From: a virus
DNA length: 64,000 nt
Virus record (IMG/VR): IMGVR_UViG_3300045988_132745
Location: 42,131 to 106,130 of that record
Direction: 5' to 3' (one strand)
Positions 1 to 8,895 of the stretch are shown here, piece by piece. How positions within the stretch are numbered: position 1 is the stretch's first letter; every line of letters starts with the position of its first letter. A program made the translations under genes and the position numbers. The notes below the pieces were generated by a model. The model did not search any database. It was not told where the DNA came from and worked only from the letters and a program-made list of their open reading frames with translations.

Positions 1-16
1 GCGCGGCATCCGTCAG

Positions 17-319
17 TTGCTTCTTATGCTGAACGATGATTTTAAGCGCAGTGTTGTAGAATGGGCTTTAGCTACATTTGACTATTGCACATCCGATAAG
101 CGTATCATTTTCCGTCGTCAAACAGCTATGCTTGAGCGTTTTTTGATGCGTTACGGCATAGACCAGAACGAGAGCGAAAAAGACGCCTTGCGTCGCATCA
201 TCAGCCGATGGCTAACTTCGAATCATAGCAATTTCAAAGCTTATTCATGTGCGGATATGCAGTATATAGATGATAGTGAAAAGCGTTATTGCGTAGACGA
301 TATATTGTTTGACGATTAG
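17..319 (+). CDS. hypothetical protein
   Basis: 100-aa ORF co-oriented with downstream head genes; no motif recognised; may extend upstream of the window. Confidence 0.4.
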   Translation: MLLMLNDDFKRSVVEWALATFDYCTSDKRIIFRRQTAMLERFLMRYGIDQNESEKDALRRIISRWLTSNHSNFKAYSCADMQYIDDSEKRYCVDDILFDD

Positions 320-388
320 AATAACGTAAACAAGAGTTAAACCAAAGTTTAAAACAAGTTAAAAAACAACCGTTTTAGGTGTACAAAA

Positions 389-883
389 ATGCAACTACCC
401 GATAAATGTAAAGAATTATTCCTCGAAGGCATTACCGATATAATGTTTTACCCGAAGGAAGATTGTGTAATCCCCGTGCCGTTCAGCATGGCACAAGTGT
501 TATATATCAACAACTGCAAGTTGCCCGACGAGCCTACTCTTCGTCTTGCTACGAGTGGCGAGAACTTTGTCATTGCAGAGAGTTTGAGTGTGAAGGTAAC
601 GCTGGCAAAACAGGGCTATGGCACTATATATACATATAATATTAGTGCAAATATAGAGTTTGGTGGCGAAAATGTGCGTAGAGCATACCAAATTATGTGT
701 GATATGAGTTATTATGTAGTATTGCGCAAACTGGACGGTTCGCTTCTGCTTTGCTATACTTTACCAGGTTCCTTTGCCATTGAAGGCAACATTACGTGCA
801 GCGGTATGGCGAAAGACCGCACCTTTGCTGCATCCCTCAAAGCCCTGTCGGAGCCGATACCAATCACGCTTCGAGAGGCTTAG
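389..883 (+). CDS. hypothetical protein (virion-module position)
   Basis: 164-aa ORF, TAG stop, followed by hairpin plus T-run at 922-956. Confidence 0.5.
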   Translation: MQLPDKCKELFLEGITDIMFYPKEDCVIPVPFSMAQVLYINNCKLPDEPTLRLATSGENFVIAESLSVKVTLAKQGYGTIYTYNISANIEFGGENVRRAYQIMCDMSYYVVLRKLDGSLLLCYTLPGSFAIEGNITCSGMAKDRTFAASLKALSEPIPITLREA

Positions 884-921
884 TATTTTAGACCATTTTT
901 CAATACCTTAGATTATATATT

Positions 922-956
922 ACGTCGTTGTCCGCGAGGATAGCGGCGTTTTTTTG
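922..956 (+). terminator. intrinsic terminator, conserved-apex family (GCGA tetraloop)
   Basis: Stem acgtcgttgtcc / ggatagcggcgt around loop GCGA, then a T7 run. Confidence 0.7.
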
Positions 957-1003
957 TCCTAATGTTAGAAACCACGGTCTTTAATTTTGCATACGGATAA
1001 CAC

Positions 1004-1077
1004 AGCGGAGTAGTAGCAGATGGTAGCTCACTTGGCTCATAACCAAGAGGTCGAGGGTTCGAGTCCCTTCTCCGCAA
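1004..1077 (+). tRNA. tRNA with CAU anticodon (Met type; some initiator-like features)
   Basis: Acceptor gcggag/ctccgc; anticodon stem cttgg/ccaag; loop ctCATaa (CAT at 1038-1040); T arm gaggg-ttcgagt-ccctt. D stem gagc/gctc needs t1014 bulged. Pair 1:72 is A.A. Confidence 0.7.
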
Positions 1078-1140
1078 CATAGTCAGTCGGTAAAAAGATT
1101 GATTTTTCAGGATAACAACAACTAAACACATTTATTTTTA

Positions 1141-2811
1141 ATGAAAGGCTTATTTGAAATACTAACCGAGAAGAAGTGGATGGTCAGTCCCGACTTCGTG
1201 CATGGTATTCGCAAGTCGCTTGAGCACAACCTAAACACTCATGCGGCTTTCAGCAAGCCGGAGAAGAACTGCGGATATGTCACAGCCGTGTCTGCCGACG
1301 GCTCAATCTATTACCCGGAGGAATATCAGATTTCAGAGGATGGCAAGCAGGTTAAGCCTCATTGGGCTTTGGACTACGAGAAGGAGCAGACCTTTCCGTT
1401 TGTTTCGGTTCTCACTATCGACGGCCCCATTACTCGCAACGGTGGCGGTTGCTCTTACGGATCTATCGACCATCGCGACATGATGCTGCGAGCTGCCAAC
1501 CATCCGCTTTGCCGTGGACACGTTTTCGTCATTAACACTCCTGGCGGATCGGCATGGGCCAAGAACGATTACGAACAGGCTATTCAGTATGCGCGCTCTT
1601 TGGGTCAGCCTGTCATCGCTTTTGTCGATGGCATGTGTGCTTCTGCCGGAATGTACCTTGCTTCGCTATGTGATGAACGCTACTACATGCACCCCAAGAA
1701 CGAAATCGGTTGTATAGGTGTCATGGCGGCATTTTATACTGAGGCAGACGGAAGCACCAACCAATTCACTAACGAGACTTATCACGAACTCTACGATCCC
1801 GAGTCGTTCGACAAGAACCGTGCCTTCCGTGATATTGCCAACGATGGCAAGGACGAGGAGCTTGTAAAGGAGCTTGCCGAACTTGGCGTTGAGTTCCGTT
1901 CCGACGTTAAGAAGGCTTGTCCTAATGCTACCGACGATCATCTGCATGGCAAGGTGTTCAATGCCGAGGACGTGAAGGGTATTCTGATGGACGGTCAGTC
2001 GTCGTTTATGGAAGTGGTTCAGCGCGCTTTTGAGCTTTATGATGGCAGAGCCGAGCTTATCAACCGTGAGCAGACGGTTGAGCCACAGAACGAGCCGGAG
2101 AATGAGCCGGAACCAGAGAAACCGGAAGCAACCAACACAAACACTAATATAAATATGGAGAAATATCCTCTTATTTGCAAAGCTTGTGGATTGCAGGCTG
2201 GCGAGATTGCCGTTACTGAGGAGGGCGCGTATATGAACGCCTCGCTTCTTGACTCTCTCGAAGCTCACATGAAGGAAGTCGAGCAGAAGGTGACTGATGC
2301 CGAGCTGAAAGCCACCACAGCGGAGAACGCTCTCGCAGAATTGCAGGGCAAGTTTGATGAACTCTCCGCCAATGTAAACGCAGCCAAGGAAGCAAAGGAA
2401 GTCGCGGAGACCGCACTTGCCGAAGCTAAGGAGGCTCACAGTAAAGAACTAAGCGACCTTAACGCACAGCACACCGAGGCTCTTGCCAAGAAGGACGACG
2501 AGTTGAAAGCTCTCGCCGAGGCAAAGGACAAGGAGATTGCCCAGCTCACAGCCGACAAGACTGATGCCGAGGCAAACCTTCAGACTGCTAAGGACGCTCT
2601 TGCTACAGCCGAGCAGACCATTGCCGACAAGCAGGCTCAGATAGCTGCCCTCACCAATGAGGCTGGCGAAGAGCTGAACAGCGGCGAGGCTCCCGAGAAC
2701 AATGGCGAAGGAGTAAAGGTCAAGACCTTGCGCTCCTTTGACGGAAGCAAGTACAAGACCAACGCCGAGCGGAAGGCTGCTTTCCAGCGATTTATGCGTG
2801 GTGAGGAATAG
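1141..2811 (+). CDS. S49/SppA-family prohead protease fused to an Ala/Glu-rich coiled-coil scaffold region
   Basis: VFVINTPGGS...VDGMCASAGMYLAS matches the ClpP/S49 serine peptidase core; C-terminal 200 aa is an AEAK-rich coiled coil; lies directly upstream of the capsid gene. Confidence 0.8.
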   Translation: MKGLFEILTEKKWMVSPDFVHGIRKSLEHNLNTHAAFSKPEKNCGYVTAVSADGSIYYPEEYQISEDGKQVKPHWALDYEKEQTFPFVSVLTIDGPITRNGGGCSYGSIDHRDMMLRAANHPLCRGHVFVINTPGGSAWAKNDYEQAIQYARSLGQPVIAFVDGMCASAGMYLASLCDERYYMHPKNEIGCIGVMAAFYTEADGSTNQFTNETYHELYDPESFDKNRAFRDIANDGKDEELVKELAELGVEFRSDVKKACPNATDDHLHGKVFNAEDVKGILMDGQSSFMEVVQRAFELYDGRAELINREQTVEPQNEPENEPEPEKPEATNTNTNINMEKYPLICKACGLQAGEIAVTEEGAYMNASLLDSLEAHMKEVEQKVTDAELKATTAENALAELQGKFDELSANVNAAKEAKEVAETALAEAKEAHSKELSDLNAQHTEALAKKDDELKALAEAKDKEIAQLTADKTDAEANLQTAKDALATAEQTIADKQAQIAALTNEAGEELNSGEAPENNGEGVKVKTLRSFDGSKYKTNAERKAAFQRFMRGEE

Positions 2812-2882
2812 TATTTCCCTACCAAGCCCACAACCAACACAAAAATAGACAACACAACAACAACACAAAAACACAAACAACT

Positions 2883-4181
2883 ATGGCAACACTTCCAAAA
2901 GATTTTATCGGCAAGGATGCGCTTCAGCATGTAGCCGAGCAGGTGAGCAAGGAAATCCTCATGGGTCCTGGCTATACTGATGCAGAAGAGATGGATCGCC
3001 TTGGTATTGAAATCGTATTTGGTGTTCAGTTCAAGCGTACTTTCCACATTCTTCTCCGCAAGGGTGGCACAACCCGACGTAAGGACGTTCACACAAAGAT
3101 AAACAGCGAGGCAGGATTCCTCAAGGAGCGTACACTTACCGTGAAGCTCGCGTGGGATCACTATACCGATTCGATTGACCGCTATGTAGAAACAGTATTC
3201 GGTACAGACGCACAGGGTCAGTACCCACTTTCTACTGCAGCAACTGAGGCAATTCTTCGTAACTATGCCGACAACCTTACAGCATGTTTGTGGAATGGCG
3301 ACATCGACCTTGACAAGGGTGGTGAAAACGTTCCCGCTCGTGACCAGGCAATGGCCCTTTATGATGGCTTCCATACTTGCATCAAGCACGACATCGAGGA
3401 TGGTATTATCTCAGAGGCTAACGGCAACCTCGTTCCTTGCGAGGCTATCACAGCTCCTGTTGACAACAACGACTCTACACCTTACGACAACTTCTTGGCT
3501 TGGCACATGAAGTGGGACGCTCGTCTGCGTAAGGCCAACACTCGTGTCTACATGAGCGAGCTCACAGCACAGTACATCGCAGCCGGCTATGCCAACAAGT
3601 TCCATGGCAACTTCAAGGTTCACTATGAAGTAGACGGCAACTTCAAACTTCCCGGACTGTCTCGCGTTACTATCTGTCCCGTTGCAGACTTTGGTGAGGG
3701 CGACCGCATGTACGCTACTATCGACAAGAACTTTGTTTACGGTGTTGACACCGAGAGCAACCAGACTTATGTAGGCGTTAAGGTCGGTACCGACGATGAC
3801 ATGCGCGTCATCCAGTTCCAGATTCAGTCAATCCAGGGTGCTGGCATCAAGAATCCGTTCAAGTATGCTTTCTGTATGTCGGATGGCACCCTTGCTCCAA
3901 CAGAGTTCCTTGCAGGTGACTACGACAACACAAACCTCGTTATTACCATTGCCCATTCTGACGAAGACACTGGCAAGATCGACGGTACAGTGAAGGTGAA
4001 CAATGTTGCTTACTCTAAGCCTGTTGAGACTACTGTAAATCAGATTCTCTCTATCGAGGCTACCGACACCACCAACTACAAGTTTGTGAACTGGAGCAAC
4101 GGTTCTACCGAGAAGAAGATCCAAATCACTGCCACCGGCATGAGCATGGGCTTGACAGCCTTCTTCAAGAAGAACGGCTAA
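2883..4181 (+). CDS. putative major capsid protein with C-terminal Ig/Listeria-Bacteroides-repeat-like domain
   Basis: 432-aa ORF immediately after the protease-scaffold gene; C-terminus ...TNYKFVNWSNGSTEKK... resembles Flg_new-type repeats; called by position, not by capsid motifs. Confidence 0.55.
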   Translation: MATLPKDFIGKDALQHVAEQVSKEILMGPGYTDAEEMDRLGIEIVFGVQFKRTFHILLRKGGTTRRKDVHTKINSEAGFLKERTLTVKLAWDHYTDSIDRYVETVFGTDAQGQYPLSTAATEAILRNYADNLTACLWNGDIDLDKGGENVPARDQAMALYDGFHTCIKHDIEDGIISEANGNLVPCEAITAPVDNNDSTPYDNFLAWHMKWDARLRKANTRVYMSELTAQYIAAGYANKFHGNFKVHYEVDGNFKLPGLSRVTICPVADFGEGDRMYATIDKNFVYGVDTESNQTYVGVKVGTDDDMRVIQFQIQSIQGAGIKNPFKYAFCMSDGTLAPTEFLAGDYDNTNLVITIAHSDEDTGKIDGTVKVNNVAYSKPVETTVNQILSIEATDTTNYKFVNWSNGSTEKKIQITATGMSMGLTAFFKKNG

Positions 4182-4217
4182 TCCTTAACGGAGTTTCTTT
4201 CACTCTATATTTTTAAA

Positions 4218-4272
4218 GGGCGACGGTCGCGGCTGACTTGACGGAATACGCTAACCCGTCGCCCTTCTTTTC
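4218..4272 (+). terminator. intrinsic terminator after the capsid gene
   Basis: gggcgacgg (4218-4226) pairs with ccgtcgccc (4256-4264), followed by ttctttt. Confidence 0.55.
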
Positions 4273-4301
4273 CAAACAACAACACAAAAACTCATAAGAA
4301 T

Positions 4302-4865
4302 ATGGCAGTACAAGCAACATGTCCTGAGATTATGGATATTTTCGCCGCTAAAGAATGCTTAGAAAACTTTGGCGGTCTTGGCGTTAATGTGTATGTTTTC
4401 AACAAGGGCGACCTCAAAGCTCCTTTGAAGGCAGAAAAAAACATTTATCCTGCGCTGACTACCGAGTCGTTCAACACAGGCAAGGGCCTTTACAAATTCG
4501 AATGTAAGGAGGGTAGTCAGGGACACTCTTTCGAGTCGCTTGGCCGCAGAAACGGTTTCAAACAGCAGCTCGACTATGTACTTGAGAGCGTAAACGCAGA
4601 AGCAGCTGAAGTAGCTCGCGCACTGAATAACCTCGACCTTGGCTATATCGTCCAGGATGGCACGAAGAGCATCATTGTATACGACCCTCAGCATAAGTTT
4701 GAATATGCTTCGGGTGGTATCAAGGGCGACACTGGTAAGAAAGCCGAGGACGACCGTCAGGTCGAACTTAGCGGAACTCTCCAGCCTACAGCATACGGAC
4801 GCTATGAGATTACAGAGCCTGAGACAGGCGGTTGGGACTCGCTTCTCGCTTCAAAAAAAGAGTAA
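4302..4865 (+). CDS. hypothetical head-associated protein
   Basis: 187-aa ORF between the capsid gene and a strong terminator. Confidence 0.55.
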   Translation: MAVQATCPEIMDIFAAKECLENFGGLGVNVYVFNKGDLKAPLKAEKNIYPALTTESFNTGKGLYKFECKEGSQGHSFESLGRRNGFKQQLDYVLESVNAEAAEVARALNNLDLGYIVQDGTKSIIVYDPQHKFEYASGGIKGDTGKKAEDDRQVELSGTLQPTAYGRYEITEPETGGWDSLLASKKE

Positions 4866-5022
4866 GCGATATTGACGCACAGAGCGAGGACAATATCGCA
4901 AAAGAAGTGCTCGACGATACCGATTCTTCTTTCTTTAGTACAAGCGACGAGGAAGGAACAACGGTAAAGAAGAGCAAGAAATAATCGCTCATACGAGGAA
5001 GGTTTTTCATCATACGACAAAT

Positions 5023-5073
5023 TCCCTGCATCTATCCTTTATATATAAAAGGTATAGATGCAGGGATTTTTTA
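5023..5073 (+). terminator. strong intrinsic terminator closing the head operon
   Basis: Perfect 13-bp stem tccctgcatctat / atagatgcaggga, then a T6 run. Confidence 0.8.
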
Positions 5074-5158
5074 TTATATACATATTAATATTCTGATAAA
5101 ATAATACTAAAATTAGCGTTTTTAATATCAAATGTAAACCAAAGAGAATAATTATCGT

Positions 5159-5166
5159 TAATTTTG
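5159..5166 (+). promoter_or_regulatory. Bacteroidota -7 promoter box (TAatTTTG)
   Basis: Matches TAnnTTTG; 63 nt upstream of the LysR ATG, in an AT-rich spacer. Confidence 0.45.
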
Positions 5167-5214
5167 CAATTAGAAAAGCTTTTTTGATTACATTATTGTA
5201 AACGTAGAATAACT

Positions 5215-5225
5215 AAAATATAGAG
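5215..5225 (+). promoter_or_regulatory. ATATAGAG leader motif
   Basis: aaaatatagag ends 3 nt before ATG 5229. Confidence 0.5.
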
Positions 5226-5228
5226 TTT

Positions 5229-6155
5229 ATGGAATTAAGACATTTACGCTCCTTTGTTTATGTCGCCGAAACAAAGTCGTTTAGTACGGCTGCCACACGT
5301 TGTTGTGTCACACAGTCGGCGGTAAGCCAGCACATTCGTGCCCTGGAGGATGAGTTGGGCTGCAAACTGCTTATCCGCACATCACACGGTATTATGCTCA
5401 CCGAAAGTGGCGAAGCCCTGTTGCCTCGTGCAAAAGAAATACTGAAACAGACCGAGGACTGCAAAGAGCAAATCAACGCCCTCAACAACTGCATGACGGG
5501 TGAACTGCGTATAGGCGTAGGTTCGTTTATTGCTCCATACGTCCGCATGGCTGCATTGTTTTTTATGGAGAGATACCCTAACGTGCGTATCAATGCCGAC
5601 TTTACTAAAGCCTACATCCTCAACCAATCGCTAAGGGCGCACATGTTAGACCTTGCTTTCACAATGAATATGGCATACCGCCACGAAGGAATAGAGTCGC
5701 GACCCTGCATACCTTTTAATGTGTATGCTATTATGCGCGACACCCATCCGCTTGCCTCGCTCTCAAAGGTGTCGTATGAGGACATTCTGAAGCACCCAAT
5801 CATCATGCCCGACATAGGCGAACGTGCCATTGAGACTTTTCAGCAATACATACAGCGCGACCTATATAAGCTCAATATCAAGTGCATCATCAGCGACCCT
5901 GACGAAGCTCTTGCTTCCGTGGAAGAAACCAAGTACGTCACCTTTATGCCTAAGCTCTACCTGCGCAACCACCCTACCCTTGTGGCACGTCCAATCGTAG
6001 GAATCGAACAGCAGTTGATGAGCAACGCCCACTGTATGCAGGACGTACCAAAGAAGCGAGCCGCACAACTCTTCCTCGACATCATCCGCGACGAAGTAGT
6101 GCCATATATTTCCGTAGCCGAAGAGGCGCAAGGGAAGTTCACACCGCCACCTTGA
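5229..6155 (+). CDS. LysR-family transcriptional regulator
   Basis: N-terminal HTH MELRHLRSFVYVAETKSFSTAATRCCVTQSAVSQHIRALEDELG plus roughly 200-aa substrate-binding-type C-terminus; classic LTTR layout. Confidence 0.9.
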   Translation: MELRHLRSFVYVAETKSFSTAATRCCVTQSAVSQHIRALEDELGCKLLIRTSHGIMLTESGEALLPRAKEILKQTEDCKEQINALNNCMTGELRIGVGSFIAPYVRMAALFFMERYPNVRINADFTKAYILNQSLRAHMLDLAFTMNMAYRHEGIESRPCIPFNVYAIMRDTHPLASLSKVSYEDILKHPIIMPDIGERAIETFQQYIQRDLYKLNIKCIISDPDEALASVEETKYVTFMPKLYLRNHPTLVARPIVGIEQQLMSNAHCMQDVPKKRAAQLFLDIIRDEVVPYISVAEEAQGKFTPPP

Positions 6156-6184
6156 TAGTCATTAGATTTTCTTATACCGAACCG

Positions 6185-6216
6185 AGTCTCACGTTAGCAG
6201 CGTGAGGCTTTTTTAT
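6185..6216 (+). terminator. intrinsic terminator after the LysR gene
   Basis: agtctcacg / cgtgaggct stem, loop ttagcag, T6 run. Confidence 0.75.
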
Positions 6217-6297
6217 TTAAGTATTAGTCGAAATTATACGTTATATCACCTCAAGAACACTTAATAAGAAACACTTCGCTTCCACCACTTTCTCCCA

Positions 6298-6305
6298 TAC
6301 CTTTG
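6298..6305 (+). promoter_or_regulatory. Bacteroidota -7 promoter box (TAccTTTG)
   Basis: TAnnTTTG 41 nt upstream of ATG 6346. Confidence 0.5.
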
Positions 6306-6345
6306 CAATAAGTTCAATAATGAACGAAACCAAACACAAACAACT

Positions 6346-6861
6346 ATGCAGATTAAAACTAACGACGGCAACTATGATGTTGCCAGCAAGGGACTCGGCA
6401 ACACAGCCCTGGGTCTCGGCATCGCAGGCTTGGCAACGAGCCTATTGGGAGGCAGCGCCTCGCTCCTGGGCATCGGAAGAAACAACGGCATGACAGCCAA
6501 TCCTACCGACCCTGATGCGCGTTTCGTAACTAAGAGTGAGACTAACCTCATTCAGGAGAACAGCACTCTGAAGACTGAACTTGCCATTCAGAAGAGCGAG
6601 AACTACACCGACAAGAAGCTCGTGGAAGTGACACAGTATCTCGACACGAAGTTGCGCCGTGTAGAAGACAAGGTAGACGCAAACAAGGATGCGCAGCAAG
6701 CCGTCAACGCACAGCAGATGGCTTACAATGCGGCTGCTAACGCCAGCATCGACGTGCTCAAGTCGCAGGTGGCATCGTTGTCGAGCGTAACCAAGTTGTT
6801 CATCCCTTCAACCAACGTATGCCAGACAGGTTGTGGTTGCGGTTGCGGATGCAATCAGTAG
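6346..6861 (+). CDS. hypothetical protein: Gly-rich hydrophobic N-terminus, coiled coil, C-terminal CGCGCGC tail
   Basis: 171-aa ORF; GLGIAGLATSLLGG segment; ends ...CQTGCGCGCGCNQ. Confidence 0.6.
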   Translation: MQIKTNDGNYDVASKGLGNTALGLGIAGLATSLLGGSASLLGIGRNNGMTANPTDPDARFVTKSETNLIQENSTLKTELAIQKSENYTDKKLVEVTQYLDTKLRRVEDKVDANKDAQQAVNAQQMAYNAAANASIDVLKSQVASLSSVTKLFIPSTNVCQTGCGCGCGCNQ

Positions 6862-6887
6862 GAGAATGACGTAATCCAGTTATATAT

Positions 6888-7310
6888 ATGGAATACAAAA
6901 ACTCACAAATCTTGGCGGCAGTCGTGTCCGAATGGGCACGACCCGCCATTTCACAGATAGCCGCAGGCAACCTCATGCGCCTACCCATGCTTCAGTCTCT
7001 GCAAGCCACCATCAGCTCGTTAGGCATTGTTAGTGGCAACTATGCCCTACAGAAGGACATCGAGCCGCTTATCCAGCCAATCATCAACTCGCTCGTCGCA
7101 CCTATGCTTGCCCGATATTTCGGTCAGATACCCGAGGAGAGTATACCGCAGATGGCACACGACATAGTGGAGAAGATGCGTGGTAACGGACCGCTGTCGG
7201 TGCTCGAAGGTATGGTGACGTTTGAAGAAGAAGACCTCAACGAGCTTGCCGATCTTCTTGACAAGAACCTTCCCGTAGCGCAGACGCAAGGCTATCAGGT
7301 AAAACATTAA
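6888..7310 (+). CDS. hypothetical protein
   Basis: 140-aa ORF packed in the + strand operon. Confidence 0.55.
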   Translation: MEYKNSQILAAVVSEWARPAISQIAAGNLMRLPMLQSLQATISSLGIVSGNYALQKDIEPLIQPIINSLVAPMLARYFGQIPEESIPQMAHDIVEKMRGNGPLSVLEGMVTFEEEDLNELADLLDKNLPVAQTQGYQVKH

Positions 7311-7368
7311 ATAGAGTAACAACACCAGCGGCGGCAAGCATCGTCGCTATAATAAAACATAAACGATT

Positions 7369-7797
7369 ATGAACAAACGTACCATTCCGGCTATCATCAT
7401 AGCCACACTTGCGGCAGGTGCAACCGCCGCCGCACCCTATTATGATGTCAACATCACACAGCAGCTCTGCACACCGGCTTGCGTAGACGAGACTCCCGTG
7501 TTCGCTCCGAAGTTCTCCGTCAAGAGCATTGCCAATGTAGGCACATCACAGTATATCATCGTCGTGCACGTTGAGGGCGTAATAAACTACATCCCTTGCA
7601 ACTGCGGCTCGTGCTGCACACGCTCACAAGTGGTGTCGCAAGACTTCACCATTCCTGTGTTCAGCGCCACCGCCATCAATTCGGCAACAATAGCAGTTGG
7701 CACCGTCCAAAACGGCATTGCACGCATATCGTGCTGCAACTGTTCCAAGACTTTCGTTTCCGACTGCCCCGTAACGCTCACCCTTGTAACTACATAA
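7369..7797 (+). CDS. secreted cysteine-rich protein
   Basis: N-terminal signal-like MNKRTIPAIIIATLAAGATAAA; clusters CNCGSCC and SCCNCS. Confidence 0.6.
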   Translation: MNKRTIPAIIIATLAAGATAAAPYYDVNITQQLCTPACVDETPVFAPKFSVKSIANVGTSQYIIVVHVEGVINYIPCNCGSCCTRSQVVSQDFTIPVFSATAINSATIAVGTVQNGIARISCCNCSKTFVSDCPVTLTLVTT

Positions 7798-7801
7798 GGC
7801 C

Positions 7802-8101
7802 ATGATAGTTCTGATAGCTATAGCCACCATGATAGCCGCCACGCTCGCCCAACACCTCGGACTGGCCGAAGCCATTGCCCATGTTGTTGACAAGGTGGCA
7901 TCATGCCCTCAGTGTTTCACTTTTTGGGTTTCAATGTCGGCATTGCTCTACCTCGGCCACGATGTCTACGCATCGACGCTGGCGGCCATTGTGGTGGCGT
8001 ATCTGTCAAACTGGTTTGTGTTGTTGCTGCTTATCCTTCAACGAAAATTTACGAAGCTATATGAAAAAGAAAGACACACCACCGACCGCCTCGACCACTG
8101 A
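7802..8101 (+). CDS. small integral membrane protein
   Basis: 99 aa with three hydrophobic spans. Confidence 0.55.
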   Translation: MIVLIAIATMIAATLAQHLGLAEAIAHVVDKVASCPQCFTFWVSMSALLYLGHDVYASTLAAIVVAYLSNWFVLLLLILQRKFTKLYEKERHTTDRLDH

Positions 8102-8233
8102 GGCAAAGGCAGAAAGCAAGCCCGAGGCGCAGACATTCTTTCCTATATTGCATATCTCTGTGCAAAAAAGCCTGATTGTCCCACATTTTCGGGGCATTTG
8201 CCCTACATGTTAAACATATAAAACTCAAACAAA

Positions 8234-8737
8234 ATGAATTACAAACAGATGATTGAACAGGCTCGTGCCAATGGCATGGCTACTGAGAAGAAGATGTGGG
8301 CAGCAGTAGAAACACTTTCTACCGACCTCCTTACGCTTGAGCAGACCGACCCTAAGCTCTACTGGCACATATTGCGCCGTCAGCACGCCGTTCTCTACGG
8401 ACGGCACTATTCTGAGAAGATGGCCAACCACGATGTGAATGCTCTTGTCTATAGCGGCATGTACGATGAAGAGGGTACGCCAACCGACGGAGGTGCACAT
8501 TGGACTCGTATCAAGGTAGACGAGCTGACTAAGGGCATGAAGTTTCACGCCAACGTCAACGCATGGGACAAATACGTCGCCTTCAATTCTATGTATGCCG
8601 ACCTTTGCGCTTGGATGAACGAAGAGGAGATAATCAAGGCAGCCTATGCCTTCTACTTCTGCGATGACGACTGGCAGCCATGCGAAGACGACTGCACTAA
8701 GGTATGGGACTATAACGCCCTACACGCCACGCTCTAA
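8234..8737 (+). CDS. hypothetical protein
   Basis: 167-aa ORF; no recognised motif. Confidence 0.55.
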   Translation: MNYKQMIEQARANGMATEKKMWAAVETLSTDLLTLEQTDPKLYWHILRRQHAVLYGRHYSEKMANHDVNALVYSGMYDEEGTPTDGGAHWTRIKVDELTKGMKFHANVNAWDKYVAFNSMYADLCAWMNEEEIIKAAYAFYFCDDDWQPCEDDCTKVWDYNALHATL

Positions 8738-8865
8738 ATTTTGGATTTTACATTTGTTTTTTTCAAGCCACTTTGCGCCAATTACAAAAATCGCAGAGTG
8801 GCTTCATTTGTATCTTCGCCTTATCCGCTCCCCTACCATGTCCGCTCCGCCAAATTAAAAACGTC

Positions 8866-8873
8866 TATCTTTG
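8866..8873 (+). promoter_or_regulatory. Bacteroidota -7 promoter box (TAtcTTTG)
   Basis: TAnnTTTG 23 nt upstream of ATG 8896. Confidence 0.5.
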
Positions 8874-8895
8874 CTCATGAAAGAAACCCGAAAAT

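Noticed and set aside
1666-2439. Long - strand ORFs antisense to obvious + strand genes: 1666-2439, 2637-3389, 21735-22517, 23958-24602, 31937-32815, 38465-39373, 44378-45616 and 49024-50124
   Set aside because: They fully overlap longer + strand genes that carry recognisable motifs. Their products are low-complexity or Cys/Ser/Leu-rich shadow translations. The 44378-45616 ORF is the antisense of an Ala-rich coiled coil.
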